Assembly (NCBI GenBank): GCA_030699685.1 | Contig: JAUYLJ010000027.1 | Coordinates: 12,601-76,600 of the forward strand | Length of the DNA stretch: 64,000 nt | Direction of reading: 5' to 3' | Origin: a bacterium | GTDB taxonomy: Bacteria; Patescibacteriota; Patescibacteriia; JAHIZJ01 | In this document: positions 20,147 to 31,041 of the stretch, in pieces | Numbering within the stretch: position 1 is the stretch's first letter | Layout of the letters: every line of letters starts with the position of its first letter | The notes under the pieces: generated by a model | Told to the model about the DNA's origin: nothing | The model's input: the letters and a program-made list of their open reading frames with translations, nothing else | Databases searched by the model: none | Made by a program: the position numbers and the translations under genes

Positions 20147-20223
20147 TGGTGGGCGCGCCTGGATTCGAACCAGGGACCTTCTCGGTGTAAACGAGACGCT
20201 CTAACCAGCTGAGCCACGCGCCC
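20147..20223 (-). tRNA. tRNA-Val(TAC) with encoded CCA
   Basis: GGGCGCGTGGCTCAGCTGGTTAGAGC...loop TTTACAC...GGTTCGAATCC. Confidence 0.85.
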
Positions 20224-20234
20224 AATGATATATA

Positions 20235-20447
20235 CTATTGCCGCTCGGTTTGCGCTTTGCGTTTTTTAACAAAGATATACGCGCCGACACTGAGAACAGC
20301 CGCCATCCCCAAAACGATGGCATGATCGGGTTCGGCGATCAAGTGCCCTATCGTTGATATCAGCCCTTGCTTGTGTTCTCCGGCATGTGCCAGAACCACA
20401 GCGGGGCTCAACAATAGAAGAATTACTGGGAGCAGTGTTTGTTTCAT
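20235..20447 (-). CDS. small secreted/membrane protein, hypothetical
   Basis: signal peptide plus C-terminal TM. Confidence 0.4.
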   Translation of the reverse strand: MKQTLLPVILLLLSPAVVLAHAGEHKQGLISTIGHLIAEPDHAIVLGMAAVLSVGAYIFVKKRKAQTERQ

Positions 20448-20548
20448 AAGTCAGTTTGTTAGAAAATTCAGTGCTCATCCCAGATTCCGCAAGGGTTCAG
20501 CACGGGTCAAAAATGGTTTATGCAAAACCTACACGGCATAATCACCCG

Positions 20549-20634
20549 TGGTGCGGACGGTGGGACTTGAACCCACACGCTCTTACGAGCCTAGGCCCTC
20601 AACCTAGTGCGTATACCAATTCCGCCACGTCCGC
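20549..20634 (-). tRNA. tRNA-Leu(GAG), long variable arm, encoded CCA
   Basis: GCGGACGTGGCGGAATTGGTA...anticodon loop TTGAGGG...GGTTCAAGTCC. Confidence 0.85.
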
Positions 20635-20706
20635 AAATAGAATGATGTCACAGAGCCAAAACCCCGTACCAGAGCGTAGCGATCGGTACAGGAGAGTGGT
20701 ACAAGA

Positions 20707-21150
20707 TTATTTTCCGGTTGATACGATGGTTTCTTTCGGACTCCGCGCCTGTGAATCTCGAAGATAATAGAGCTTTGATCTCCGTACTCTCGCTTTTTTT
20801 ACCACATCAATTTTTACGATCAGCGGGGAATGGAGTGGGTAAATACGTTCCACGCCTATCCCACTGGCCATACGCCGCAACGTCATAGTCCCATTCACTC
20901 CACGACCATGTTTGAGCGCGATAATCATGCCTTCAAACACCTGGACTCTTTCTTTGTCACCCTCCGTCACCTTCTGATGAACGCGAATGGTCATACCGGG
21001 TTTCAAGTCGGGTAATGCCGGTGTGGTTGACTTTGGGGTTTCAGCCTTATCCTTCGCCTCTGATTTTGGCGTTTCCTTGGAACTTTCTTTTGCTGAAGAC
21101 TGTGGCTTCTCACCTTCAGTATTCTTGGCTGGTTTTTCTTCTGGGCTCAT
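20707..21150 (-). CDS. rplS: 50S ribosomal protein L19 with about 40-aa Lys/Glu-rich N-terminal extension
   Basis: [11 protein letters not shown]...[11 protein letters not shown] core matches L19. Confidence 0.85.
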   Translation of the reverse strand: MSPEEKPAKNTEGEKPQSSAKESSKETPKSEAKDKAETPKSTTPALPDLKPGMTIRVHQKVTEGDKERVQVFEGMIIALKHGRGVNGTMTLRRMASGIGVERIYPLHSPLIVKIDVVKKARVRRSKLYYLRDSQARSPKETIVSTGK

Positions 21151-21220
21151 ATTCGTAGTTTTCTTCGTTAACCCAATAAAAAATTGGCTAGAATGAGTAT
21201 AGCCTAGTCAAATCAATACG

Positions 21221-22150
21221 TCAATTCCTTATTTTTAGAGATTGCAGCACTTCCTGGTACGGTGCAGGCAAAGGGACGGAGAATTGTCGCCGATCGCCGT
21301 CAAGATCGGTAAATTCCAGCTCAGTGGCACAGAGAAATAGCGGCGAGGCAATTTTCAGCTTTCCGGACAATTTAGTTCGGTAGAGTTCATCGCCCAGGAT
21401 AGGATGTCCTAATCCGTGAAAGTGCGCGCGAATCTGATGCGTGCGGCCGGTGATCGTAGTCACCAAAACCAAACAGCATCCAACATACCGTCGTATGATT
21501 TCGTAGTGGGTCTCAGCGGATTTCACCCCTGGCTCTCCGGCGCGCCGGGCGGCCACGCTGGCCATGCGGCCGGTTTTCGACCGAGTGATAGCAAAAGTAA
21601 TCTCGCCCTGATCAGGCAATTTGTCTCCCAGAACGATCGCTTGATACTGTTTTTTCACCCGTCGTGCCTGAAACTGTTTTTTAAAATAATCAAAAGCTAA
21701 TTGTGTCCGGGCGACAATCATGAGACCAAACACTTCTTTATCAAGCCGGTGAACAATACCTGGGCGCAAAGGGTCATCACCCACTTTTGCCATTTCGGGA
21801 TAGCGATGAAGTAAACCGTTGACCAGAGTACCCGCGCCGTGGCTCCCGCCTGGATGCACTACTATCCCGGCCGGCTTGGAGACTACGGCGTATTGAGTAT
21901 GTTCAAATATGAGTGTCCACGGTACGCTTTTGTCCGGCTCAAGGCTCGGCTCCGCTGGCTTGGAAAAGTCCACCTGTATTAAGTCACCCGTTTTTACTTC
22001 GGTGTGAGGGGTAGGGAGACGATCACCAATTTTTATCTTTCCTTCGCCTATCAAACGTTGAATCCACGAACGGCTGACATCGGGAAAATTCTGTTGAAGG
22101 TATCGATCAAGCCGTTCGCCGCCTTTTTCGACTCTGAGTCTTTTGGCCAT
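21221..22150 (-). CDS. rluD: RluA-family 23S rRNA pseudouridine synthase (RluD-like) with S4 domain
   Basis: HRLDKEVFGLMIVA catalytic motif; start taken at MAKRLRV. Confidence 0.8.
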   Translation of the reverse strand: MAKRLRVEKGGERLDRYLQQNFPDVSRSWIQRLIGEGKIKIGDRLPTPHTEVKTGDLIQVDFSKPAEPSLEPDKSVPWTLIFEHTQYAVVSKPAGIVVHPGGSHGAGTLVNGLLHRYPEMAKVGDDPLRPGIVHRLDKEVFGLMIVARTQLAFDYFKKQFQARRVKKQYQAIVLGDKLPDQGEITFAITRSKTGRMASVAARRAGEPGVKSAETHYEIIRRYVGCCLVLVTTITGRTHQIRAHFHGLGHPILGDELYRTKLSGKLKIASPLFLCATELEFTDLDGDRRQFSVPLPAPYQEVLQSLKIRN

Positions 22151-23594
22151 AGTTGCGGGATAAATATTCAATTGCCTGGGAGCTAGTACGTATCTTTTTT
22201 TGCAGCTGGGCGAGACGGACGCGATGGAGTATTTCACCGATTCTCGGCCCAGGAGCTAACCCAAGTCTCGCCATAATATCATTTCCGGTTAATAAAATCT
22301 TTGGCCGGCGTCCGGAGCCGTATCCAGCTTTTCGGATCTCGCGCAAAACTTCCACTGTTTCATAAAAATTTCGTATTGAAAGGTTGCCATTTTCCTGACG
22401 GCTGGCCCACTGATCGGCAAAAATTAGCTGCAGCAGCTCTTGACCGGCAGAGTGAGTGAGAAAAGTTTCTTCAAGACGGGTTGGCGAAATCTGATGTGGC
22501 GGAGTAAATGTGATCACCAGATGGTTCCGCGCCAGCCATGAGATTCTCTCGGTGTTTATCAATCCATCATAACTAGACAAGCGCAGCCGGCGACAAATGT
22601 CAGCGATCAGACGAGCGCCAACTTCTTCATGGCCATAAAACGAATGGCCATTGCCGTGTAATGTTTTAGTATACGGTTTGCCAATATCATGCCACCAGGC
22701 TGCCAAAATCAATTCAACGCTAACGCCTGCCTTGGGAAACTGTTTGCGAAAATCCCGACTGAAAAGCGCTTCCACGGCTAATCGGCTGTGATCCCACACA
22801 TCCCCTTCGGAGTGATATCCCGGGCTTTGCGCGCAACCCTTCATATGAAGCGCTTCGGGAGCCAGTACGCGCAACACTCCGCTAACATCCAGCAAATCGA
22901 TGGCCTGCAGCGGATTAGCCTCCAAGGTCTTGAGAAATTCACGGCCGGCCATCTCGCGCGGAAGCCTAGGACTGCGGACAAAACCGGCCATCAATTTCAG
23001 TGTTTTCCATGTGTTATACTCAATTTCGAATCCCAACTGGACAGCAAAGCGGATCGCCCGAAGCAAACGCGAGTAATCTTCCTGAAACCGGAGTTCAGGC
23101 TGTCCGACCGTCCTGAGACGCTTGGCCGCCAGGTCGGACAAACCGCCGCAGGGATCAATTATTCTTTTCTTACGAAGATCAAAAGCCATCGCGTTGACGG
23201 TGAAATCCCGGCGTTGTAAATCCTGGGCTATGGGCAGTCGATGGTCTGACTGCACGTCAAAGTCCCTGTACCCGCCGGTCAGGCCGAGCGAGTGTTCGGT
23301 GCGGGGCAAGGCGATATCGACCGCGTCGTGCTGGGTTTGGCCTTTGGGGGTAAATTTAAACACGCCGAAATTCTTTCCAACCAGGTTTACCAACCCGTAA
23401 TCGCGGAGAAATTTCTCAAGGGTTTTAGCCGTCACCCCGCGCACGACAAAATCATAGTCATTTGACGGCCGGCCAAGCAGCATATCCCGAACCATCCCGC
23501 CAACCAGATAGACTCCAGCTCTAGGAAAGCGTTTGAGTAGGGATTGCAGCCAGAGGGGGGGTTTTTCCTTAAATATGTTAGTTGGTGCTTCCAT
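22107..23594 (-). CDS. cca: CCA-adding tRNA nucleotidyltransferase / poly(A) polymerase family with HD domain
   Basis: GGMVRDMLLGRPSNDYDFVV head domain; C-terminal HD domain. Confidence 0.75.
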   Translation of the reverse strand: MEAPTNIFKEKPPLWLQSLLKRFPRAGVYLVGGMVRDMLLGRPSNDYDFVVRGVTAKTLEKFLRDYGLVNLVGKNFGVFKFTPKGQTQHDAVDIALPRTEHSLGLTGGYRDFDVQSDHRLPIAQDLQRRDFTVNAMAFDLRKKRIIDPCGGLSDLAAKRLRTVGQPELRFQEDYSRLLRAIRFAVQLGFEIEYNTWKTLKLMAGFVRSPRLPREMAGREFLKTLEANPLQAIDLLDVSGVLRVLAPEALHMKGCAQSPGYHSEGDVWDHSRLAVEALFSRDFRKQFPKAGVSVELILAAWWHDIGKPYTKTLHGNGHSFYGHEEVGARLIADICRRLRLSSYDGLINTERISWLARNHLVITFTPPHQISPTRLEETFLTHSAGQELLQLIFADQWASRQENGNLSIRNFYETVEVLREIRKAGYGSGRRPKILLTGNDIMARLGLAPGPRIGEILHRVRLAQLQKKIRTSSQAIEYLSRNYGQKTQSRKRRRTA

Positions 23595-23626
23595 GTCATT
23601 ATTGTATCACAAAACAAAAAACCCAT

Positions 23627-24223
23627 TCAGGCGTGCGGGGGTGAATGGGTATTGCCATTGCGTGACCGCCAATTTGGCCCTAAACACTGTTCGATGACCG
23701 AGACCGGTACGTGCAGACCGGTTCGGACTACCCGGGGCAACCGGACAAGGCAGAATTGATCGCTTTCATGATCTGGTTCTATTTCCACGAATTCGGGGAA
23801 GCGTCGCAACAAAACGCTGATTGCGCGATTCTTCAATTGGAATGCTTGCATGCTTTCGTTGCCGCTTTGCCCGTCCGCCCACTCGAAACTGTGGGCCAGC
23901 TTATTCGCCAACGAGGCATAGTCAAAGATGTCGGTCGGCCTCCAATCCATACTGGGCAGATGTGCGGCTAAAGCAGACAAGAGCAAGGAAAGTTCGTCTA
24001 CAGGCAAACGGGAACCTGCCCTATCCAGGCATACCCACAAGAGATAGCGCCCGTTCTGCGTCTGAACTAGACGATGATGACCGCGATAGCGCCTCACCAA
24101 GGACTCGTAGTCGCCTACGGTCAAGCTGTGGCTTGGCTTATGAAAGAACTCCTGCACCACTGTACTAGAACCTGTATGTTTGCGATGGCGGCGTTGCTTT
24201 CTCGCACGTCGACTCATACACAA
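23627..24223 (-). CDS. hypothetical protein, GC-rich, Arg-rich N-terminus
   Basis: composition differs from neighbours; no recognised motif. Confidence 0.35.
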   Translation of the reverse strand: MCMSRRARKQRRHRKHTGSSTVVQEFFHKPSHSLTVGDYESLVRRYRGHHRLVQTQNGRYLLWVCLDRAGSRLPVDELSLLLSALAAHLPSMDWRPTDIFDYASLANKLAHSFEWADGQSGNESMQAFQLKNRAISVLLRRFPEFVEIEPDHESDQFCLVRLPRVVRTGLHVPVSVIEQCLGPNWRSRNGNTHSPPHA

Positions 24224-24343
24224 GCTCCTTTCAATCCTGTAAGCCTAGACGTCAATTCAGGAGCGGAGAAACGAACAATACCAAACAATCCCTTGTCGCG
24301 TCAAGGTAAGCCTATACTAGTTTAAATATGGTTATTCTACTCC

Positions 24344-24420
24344 TGGTGGGCGGCACAAGACTCGAACTTGTGACCTCCACAATGTCAATGTGGCGCTCTA
24401 ACCAGCTGAGCTAGCCGCCC
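24344..24420 (-). tRNA. tRNA-Val(GAC) with CCA
   Basis: GGGCGGCTAGCTCAGCTGGTTAGAGC...loop TTGACAT. Confidence 0.85.
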
Positions 24421-24545
24421 GCCAGAAGTAAAACTTACACCACTCTAGCAACTTTTTTACCTTTTTTCAAGGATGCAAAATCTGATAAGGCCACAGTTCT
24501 AGATCAATAGAACCTCGACATATCAACTCCACTTTTTTGTATCTA

Positions 24546-24621
24546 TGGTGGGTGCGGATGGATTTGAACCATCGACCGCAGCCTTATAAGGGCTGTGCTC
24601 TAACCACTGAGCTACGCACCC
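24546..24621 (-). tRNA. tRNA-Ile(TAT) (UAU anticodon) with CCA
   Basis: GGGTGCGTAGCTCAGTGGTTAGAGCACAGCCCTTATAAGGCTG...; anticodon loop CTTATAA. Confidence 0.7.
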
Positions 24622-24639
24622 ACCATAGATACACATATA

Positions 24640-24760
24640 ACAGAGTTGATATAAGCGTGGCGCTCTAACCACTGAGCTATGCACCCACCGCAAACAATCA
24701 AAAGGTGTCGATATAAGGGCTGTGCTCTAACCACTGAGTTTCGAGGTCCGGCCCTGCTAC
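24640..24760 (-). repeat. two degenerate tRNA 5'-half copies (through anticodon loop ...CTTATA) directly adjacent to tRNA-Ile(TAT)
   Basis: minus-strand GGTGGGTGCATAGCTCAGTGGTTAGAGCGCCACGCTTATA and ...ACTCAGTGGTTAGAGCACAGCCCTTATA, both lacking 3' halves. Confidence 0.5.
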
Positions 24761-24833
24761 ATTCGAGATTCCCGCGTCAATAGTTCGCACCTTCTTTCAG
24801 GTCCGAGAGTCGCGTAAATCACAGCGCCTGTGG

Positions 24834-25820
24834 TTATTTCTTCTGCGGCGAAACCTGGCGCCCGGACAGTCTCTCGGCCCATCCCACGATTTTACTCACT
24901 TTCTTCCCCGAGTCAAGCTCATTGAAGAACAGTGTCCAGGCACTGAACTGAAAAGCGGTAAGAATGGAACCAATGACAACAACCGCCATTATACCTATAG
25001 CCAGAAGAGAATAGATGAAGACTGAAGCAAAACCGGAATACTCAGCAGTATTCAAGATGATCGCCAATAGCAGAAAAGGAACAGCAATAAAGATAAGGCT
25101 AATCAACAACGCGGCGGCAACCACAAACGAAATCAGAAACAAGATGATGGCCATCTCAATGCTGGCCAACCAATTATTACTGAACAACTTGAACGCGTCA
25201 TGAACGGCTACTCCCAGTGGTTTATCGCGAGCGACAACATAGATCGCCGCGTATTTCGCTATAAACGCCAAAATAAGCGTAACGCCCAAGGATAATACCA
25301 GTAAAATTACCCCGACCGTCATGCCAAAGTACCCCGTCACAATGATCGACGCGAGCAATCCAGTGAGTATGAGAAAAAAATAATCAACAACTTTGGCGGC
25401 CGCGTAGATAACAAAATTGCGCCAGAAATAGTGCTGACCAACGGCAAAACTTACGTCGAACTTTACCGGTTTTCGTTTCGCAATCTCATTAGTCGCGTGA
25501 ACAATGCCGCCAACGGAAACCACTGCCAGCCACACCACTAATACCACCATCGCGAAGAGTATCAGGAGGGTGATGATGAGACCACCGGTCGTTTGTATCC
25601 CACCAAAGAGATCCGAAAAAGCCCCGCCGAAACCGCTGCGGAATAATTCCCTCCAGCTATCGAGAGACAAGGTACCGTCGGCGTGATTGGAATAGTTTCG
25701 GATAATCAGCTCTGCCTCCTGACCTATCCAGACGAGAAACAAGCCATAAAACCAAAGCGCCTTGTTCCGCCAAACCGTCTGCCAGGCTTGACGAAGTACT
25801 GTGCTGTAGACCGGGGTCAT
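24834..25820 (-). CDS. polytopic membrane protein, hypothetical
   Basis: 328 aa, at least 6 predicted TM helices. Confidence 0.5.
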   Translation of the reverse strand: MTPVYSTVLRQAWQTVWRNKALWFYGLFLVWIGQEAELIIRNYSNHADGTLSLDSWRELFRSGFGGAFSDLFGGIQTTGGLIITLLILFAMVVLVVWLAVVSVGGIVHATNEIAKRKPVKFDVSFAVGQHYFWRNFVIYAAAKVVDYFFLILTGLLASIIVTGYFGMTVGVILLVLSLGVTLILAFIAKYAAIYVVARDKPLGVAVHDAFKLFSNNWLASIEMAIILFLISFVVAAALLISLIFIAVPFLLLAIILNTAEYSGFASVFIYSLLAIGIMAVVVIGSILTAFQFSAWTLFFNELDSGKKVSKIVGWAERLSGRQVSPQKK

Positions 25821-25874
25821 AACTCCTCCTTCGATAGCCGAGATCGAATTTCTCCGATCAACGGAAGTAATTAT

Positions 25875-27716
25875 TTATTTTGACGCGACAAATAAGGATT
25901 GAAATTCGTTTTGCTCGATTGTCTCTTTGTCAAGCAGAATTTTCGCCACCTCATTGACTTTTGGCTTCATCTTGGCCAGAATCGCCCGCGCCTTCAGGTA
26001 GCACTTGCTGATGATAGACTGAATTTCTCTATCAATCTGAGCCGCTGTTTCTTCACCGTAGTCTTTCTGTTCGTGAATCTCACGACCAAGAAAAATCATT
26101 TCCTCGCGCTCACCGAAAGTACGCGGGCCAAGCGTCTCGCTCATGCCGTATTGGGTCACAAGCTTTCTCGCCAGTCGCGTGGCCTCTTTCAGGTCGTTGC
26201 TGGCTCCAGTAGTCACCTCTTTGAAAATCATCTTTTCAACCGCGTGTCCGGCCAACATGACGGAAATTTCATCAAGGAAGTACGACTTTGTGTGCATGTG
26301 CTTGTCTTCGGTGGGAAGCTTCAGCGTATACCCGGCCGCGCTGCCCCGGGACATGATAGAAACTTTCCGCACCGGATCGGCATTAGGCAGGCTTTGGGCC
26401 ACCACGGCGTGACCTGCCTCGTGATAGGCGGCAATCTTTTTCTCTTCCTTGGACAAAACATGGCTCTTGCGCTCAGGTCCCAGCATCACTTTATCAATAC
26501 TCTCAAGGCACTCGCTGATACTAACCTGCGTTTTGTTTCTTCTGGCTGTCAGGATGGCCGCTTCATTAAGCAAATTGGACAAATCGGCCCCGGAAAATCC
26601 TGGCGTTCGTTCGGCCAACATACGCAAGTCTACGTCTTCCGCCAATGGCTTGCCTTTGGAGTGCACTTTCAATATTTCTTCCCTGTCGCTTATATCGGGC
26701 ATATCAAGCATCACTCGGCGGTCAAAACGACCGGGACGCAACAAAGCCGGGTCAAGCACGTCGGGGCGGTTGGTAGCGGCCATGACGATGACATTAGTTT
26801 CATTGTCAAACCCATCCATCTCAACCAAGATCTGATTGAGGGTCTGCTCTCTTTCATCATGTGACCCGCCCAAACCAGAACCGCGCTGTCGCCCAACGGC
26901 GTCAATTTCATCAATGAAAATTATGCAGGGGGCAGTCCTGGCCGCGCGTTTGAAAAGATCGCGCACCCGTGAAGCGCCCACGCCAACAAACATTTCCACG
27001 AATTCTGATCCGGAAATATGGAAAAATTGTACATTGGCTTCACCCGCCACGGCCCTTGCTAAGAGGGTTTTTCCCGTGCCCGGAGGGCCAACTAACAGTA
27101 CACCTTTAGGAATTTTCGCGCCTAATGACAGAAATTTCTTGGGACTGCGGAGGAATTCCACCACTTCCTTCAGCTCTTCCTTCGCTTCTTTGACCCCGGC
27201 GACGTTTTCGAACGTAGTTTTTGTCTTCTGATTCGCCTGCTGCGACTCGCGCGCCCGACTCTGGCCGAATGACATGGCTCGGTTATTTGATCCCTGAACC
27301 TGGCGAAGCATGAAGTAGATAAACACGCCGATCAGCAGAAATGGCAATAGGAATGGTAATATTGCCCCCAGCCAGAATCCTAGTCCCGACTCGCCGCGGA
27401 TATCCACCGACAAAGCACGGATCTTCTCTCCGGCGACACCGTAATTTGTCAGCAATGCGCTTAGCGACTCTTCGGTTTCCTTGTTCGTTGTTTGCTTCGT
27501 GCCGTCTTTGAGCGTGATATTCAGCGTATTACCGGTCACTATCACTTCTTCAACATTTTCCCGCTCAACGGATTGAACAAACTCGTTCAAGGAAACTTCT
27601 CCCACGCTTTCGGTGGTAGTGCGATACAAACTGAATAATCCGCCCACGATCACGAAGATAATGATGAAGGCGATAAAGTTTCGTAACGCGCCGCGCATTG
27701 TACCTTTTTCTGCCAT
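25875..27716 (-). CDS. ftsH: ATP-dependent zinc metalloprotease FtsH
   Basis: [21 protein letters not shown]+ motif and HEAGHAV zinc site. Confidence 0.9.
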   Translation of the reverse strand: MAEKGTMRGALRNFIAFIIIFVIVGGLFSLYRTTTESVGEVSLNEFVQSVERENVEEVIVTGNTLNITLKDGTKQTTNKETEESLSALLTNYGVAGEKIRALSVDIRGESGLGFWLGAILPFLLPFLLIGVFIYFMLRQVQGSNNRAMSFGQSRARESQQANQKTKTTFENVAGVKEAKEELKEVVEFLRSPKKFLSLGAKIPKGVLLVGPPGTGKTLLARAVAGEANVQFFHISGSEFVEMFVGVGASRVRDLFKRAARTAPCIIFIDEIDAVGRQRGSGLGGSHDEREQTLNQILVEMDGFDNETNVIVMAATNRPDVLDPALLRPGRFDRRVMLDMPDISDREEILKVHSKGKPLAEDVDLRMLAERTPGFSGADLSNLLNEAAILTARRNKTQVSISECLESIDKVMLGPERKSHVLSKEEKKIAAYHEAGHAVVAQSLPNADPVRKVSIMSRGSAAGYTLKLPTEDKHMHTKSYFLDEISVMLAGHAVEKMIFKEVTTGASNDLKEATRLARKLVTQYGMSETLGPRTFGEREEMIFLGREIHEQKDYGEETAAQIDREIQSIISKCYLKARAILAKMKPKVNEVAKILLDKETIEQNEFQSLFVASK

Positions 27717-27831
27717 AGTTTAGTGCTGTTATTATACAGATTTTTAGGTCATCTGACAAACGTAGCCAAAGGCGGACTCTGTCTCTACCGAGACTAAGCG
27801 CGCCAGGCTGACACTCCGAAGCTGCCTATCA

Positions 27832-29061
27832 CTATTCTTGAGAGGATTCACTGGGCTCTTTTCCTGCTTCCGCACCGGCAACTGTTTCAGCCGAAGCCGC
27901 GCTCTCAGTTGCTTCTTTCGCTTTGTCCTTTTCTTCGCCCGATTTCTTTTCAAGAGCTTTCAATGACAGCCCAAGCCTGTGATGAGACGGATCAATGGAT
28001 AATATTTTGAATTTTTTCGTTTCGCCCTCTTTGACGATTTCTCCCGGATGATGAACCAGTTTGTGAGAAAGCTCGGAGATATGCGCCAAACCGTGAATAT
28101 CCTCGTCCAGCTCCACGAAGGCTCCAAACGGATTAAGTTTGAGCACCTTTCCTTCCACTACCTGTCCAACCGTGTAGCGCTTCATCGCTTCTTTCCACGG
28201 ATCGTCCATCAATTGCTTCATGCTGAGAGAAATCCTGGACTGGTCGAGGCTGATAATTCTCGCTTTGACTTCATCGCCGACATTGATAATCGTGCGCGGG
28301 TCATCGATGCGCTGCCAGGCCAACTCGGAGATATGCACCAATCCCTCCAGACCTTCACCAAATTCGACAAAGGCGCCGAAATCAACCACGCCCGTCACCT
28401 TGCCTTCAACTTCGTTGCCAACTTTGTATTGTTGTAAGGCTTCTTTCTGCTTTTCTTCCCAGGCTTGCTTTTCGGAAACTATCAGTTTTTCGTCCGATTC
28501 TTCCACGTCAATCACCCGCACTTTGAAAGCGCTGCCGATAAAACGCTGCAGACGCTCAAGAATCTTATCCTTATCTCCGCCTTCAACGCGGGGGTAGTGT
28601 TCGACGGTCAGCTGTGACACCGGCAGGAAACCCATCACGCGGCCAACCTTGATCATGAGACCGCCGCGATTTGCTTCAACGATTTCCGCTTCAACAATTG
28701 ATTCTTCTTCCATTAATGCAGTCAGACGATCCCAGGCCTTTTTATGGCCGGCTTGGCGGAATGAAAGCTCCAGCACGCCTTTTTCGTTTTCCAATTCCAT
28801 GACCGTTGCCTGCACTTTTTCTCCCACTTTCAAATCGGTATATTCGCCTGATTCGTCAAACAATTCACGGCCTCGCACCATGCCTGTATTCAATCCTTCA
28901 ATATCAACATGCACCTCGTTTTTTGAAACGCTCAATACCTCCCCGTCAACGATATCTCCCATTTGGGGGATCTTCAACAAACCTTGTTCCTCGAGTAATT
29001 TCCCCATCTCCGTTTGGGCGATGGGTGTCTCTTCTTTCGTTTTCTGCAATGATATTGCCAT
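27832..29061 (-). CDS. rpsA: 30S ribosomal protein S1 (four S1 domains)
   Basis: repeated S1 OB-fold motifs (G..V.G.V...G.FV..). Confidence 0.8.
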   Translation of the reverse strand: MAISLQKTKEETPIAQTEMGKLLEEQGLLKIPQMGDIVDGEVLSVSKNEVHVDIEGLNTGMVRGRELFDESGEYTDLKVGEKVQATVMELENEKGVLELSFRQAGHKKAWDRLTALMEEESIVEAEIVEANRGGLMIKVGRVMGFLPVSQLTVEHYPRVEGGDKDKILERLQRFIGSAFKVRVIDVEESDEKLIVSEKQAWEEKQKEALQQYKVGNEVEGKVTGVVDFGAFVEFGEGLEGLVHISELAWQRIDDPRTIINVGDEVKARIISLDQSRISLSMKQLMDDPWKEAMKRYTVGQVVEGKVLKLNPFGAFVELDEDIHGLAHISELSHKLVHHPGEIVKEGETKKFKILSIDPSHHRLGLSLKALEKKSGEEKDKAKEATESAASAETVAGAEAGKEPSESSQE

Positions 29062-29146
29062 TTTTTCTCACGTTAATAATTAGGCATGCGAAAATCCGCA
29101 GTACTACGTATTATATTGATGAAATCAATATTTTGCAAGAGTTCAG

Positions 29147-29950
29147 GTGAAGCTCCATCGTGTCTTTGACAAAAGCATGGAATTATGTTATTATACATAT
29201 ATGGCACTTTCCCCAGGACGAGTCAGCCAACAAACATTTATCAAAACATTGCGTGGTATTTCAAAAACCGGGCGAATTGCTGGTGTCGAAAAAGCGCTTT
29301 CTGAACAAGGACTCAAGCGCTTGATGGCCAAACCCTCGGTTAGTCGGCAAGAGATGCGCAAAGCGCTCAATACCTTGAAGGGCACTGATGGAGTAGCAAA
29401 AAGAACCGGCTGGCAAACGAGCCAGGTAATTAACCGCGCTTTGAAAGATGAAGCGAGCGCCAATCAGTCACCTCAGTCGGCCCAGCAAAAACTAAAAGAA
29501 ATAAAAGATCGCAACATCAAACAACGGCGCGGTAATGAACTGGCGGAAGGCCTGTTCAAGCGTCAGGGGTTAAGCCTCGAGGAACTTCGCGCATCGGCTC
29601 AGCGGGCGCATCAGCGCCAGGTCACAGACGCGGAAACTGGGATCAAAGCAGTTTCAAAAAAATACGAAAAGTCGGAAGCAAAATCTAGCAACAGAAGTTA
29701 CGTACCGGTTACCGGCCAGGGCAATAGTATTTCCAACATCCGTCGAGCCAGGCCAAACATCGAGTCATTTGAATCACGAGGCGCTCCCAAATACACTACT
29801 GACTCCAGATCACAACCAGACAATGACGATGAACCCGATCGAAACGAGAACGTCATCAGCAAGAATACGAAAAACGGGTCTGATAAAAACCAACCCAAAC
29901 AAGAACCTAATCTGCCGGAAAATCCTCCGGACGACATGGCGATTGATTAA
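29147..29950 (+). CDS. hypothetical basic low-complexity protein (true start may be ATG 29204)
   Basis: ORF divergent from rpsA; Lys/Arg/Gln-rich. Confidence 0.35.
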   Translation: MKLHRVFDKSMELCYYTYMALSPGRVSQQTFIKTLRGISKTGRIAGVEKALSEQGLKRLMAKPSVSRQEMRKALNTLKGTDGVAKRTGWQTSQVINRALKDEASANQSPQSAQQKLKEIKDRNIKQRRGNELAEGLFKRQGLSLEELRASAQRAHQRQVTDAETGIKAVSKKYEKSEAKSSNRSYVPVTGQGNSISNIRRARPNIESFESRGAPKYTTDSRSQPDNDDEPDRNENVISKNTKNGSDKNQPKQEPNLPENPPDDMAID

Positions 29951-30229
29951 CTCGTTGACGTAAACAGCCCTTTCTTGTTATGGCTGGGCGTTTTGTATTT
30001 CCTGAGGATCGCCACGGAACATTGTTGTGATTTGCTTCCGCGACTTCAACGCTTGAATTTTTGGAAATCTTTCCGTAAAAGGAGGATACTACACCTCAGG
30101 TACATTTACCGTTGGCACGATGCCATGCCGGAATTTTCCAAAGGGTCAACACGTTTCGAACTCAGATTTGGCGGGATGCGCCGCATGGACAAGTCTTTTT
30201 GTTTGCCACAACCTAAAGACAAAACCATT

Positions 30230-30568
30230 TTATTTTTTGAGTTTTATTGCAATATCGCGATTCAACCTCTCACGCAATGTTTCGAAGTAGGTTTTTTCAT
30301 CTCGCAAGAGCTCATCACAGAATGCCGCCACGTTATCGCCGGTAATCTCTAACACGGCTTTACCGTTTGCCGCACTCTCCTCAAAGAGGTCAAGCAGACT
30401 CTTGAATATGTCGATTGAAGCCGGCCCCGCGCCTCTCCATATATACTGTTTGATTTCATTATAAACAACGAGATAGTCATGCGGCAACTTTTTCGCTCGG
30501 GCTTCCGTTGCTCTCCACTCTTTTTTCTCTCCAATATCCCCGATGATTTTATTTAATAAGTTTCTCAT
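30230..30568 (-). CDS. DUF1048-like small protein (PadR-associated)
   Basis: immediately downstream of PadR gene; common pairing. Confidence 0.4.
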   Translation of the reverse strand: MRNLLNKIIGDIGEKKEWRATEARAKKLPHDYLVVYNEIKQYIWRGAGPASIDIFKSLLDLFEESAANGKAVLEITGDNVAAFCDELLRDEKTYFETLRERLNRDIAIKLKK

Positions 30569-30871
30569 TTACTTCTCCTTTAGAGCATTAATTGTTGATG
30601 CTATGAAGTTCCATTTTGCCCAAAAATGACGCAACTCCTCCCGTCCCGCTTTATTTAAAGTATAAAATCTGCGAGGCGGCCCCATATCCGAGGGCTTTTT
30701 TTCTATATTTACAAGTTTATTTTTTTCAAGTCGAACTAAAATAGTGTAGACCGTACCTTCCACAACGTCGGTAAAGCCTCGCTTGCGTAGTTGCTGCGTT
30801 ATTTCATAGCCGTAGGTCTTACCGCGGCCGATGATTTCAAGTACACAGCCTTCAAGCACGCCTTTGAACAT
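30569..30871 (-). CDS. PadR-family transcriptional regulator
   Basis: YGYEI...GTVYTILVRLEKNKLV winged-helix motif. Confidence 0.75.
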   Translation of the reverse strand: MFKGVLEGCVLEIIGRGKTYGYEITQQLRKRGFTDVVEGTVYTILVRLEKNKLVNIEKKPSDMGPPRRFYTLNKAGREELRHFWAKWNFIASTINALKEK

Positions 30872-31041
30872 TTCCGTAAGGTTTTCCAGGGTAATACTCC
30901 TTTCTCTAATATTAATAGCTGGTATATAGTCCTACTTACTACCACTATATCGTATCACGGAATAGTAAATATTGTCAATAGTACCAAAAAACCTGATGGC
31001 AGAGCGGCCATCATATCTTGAAAAACCTTAATTGTTTTGAC

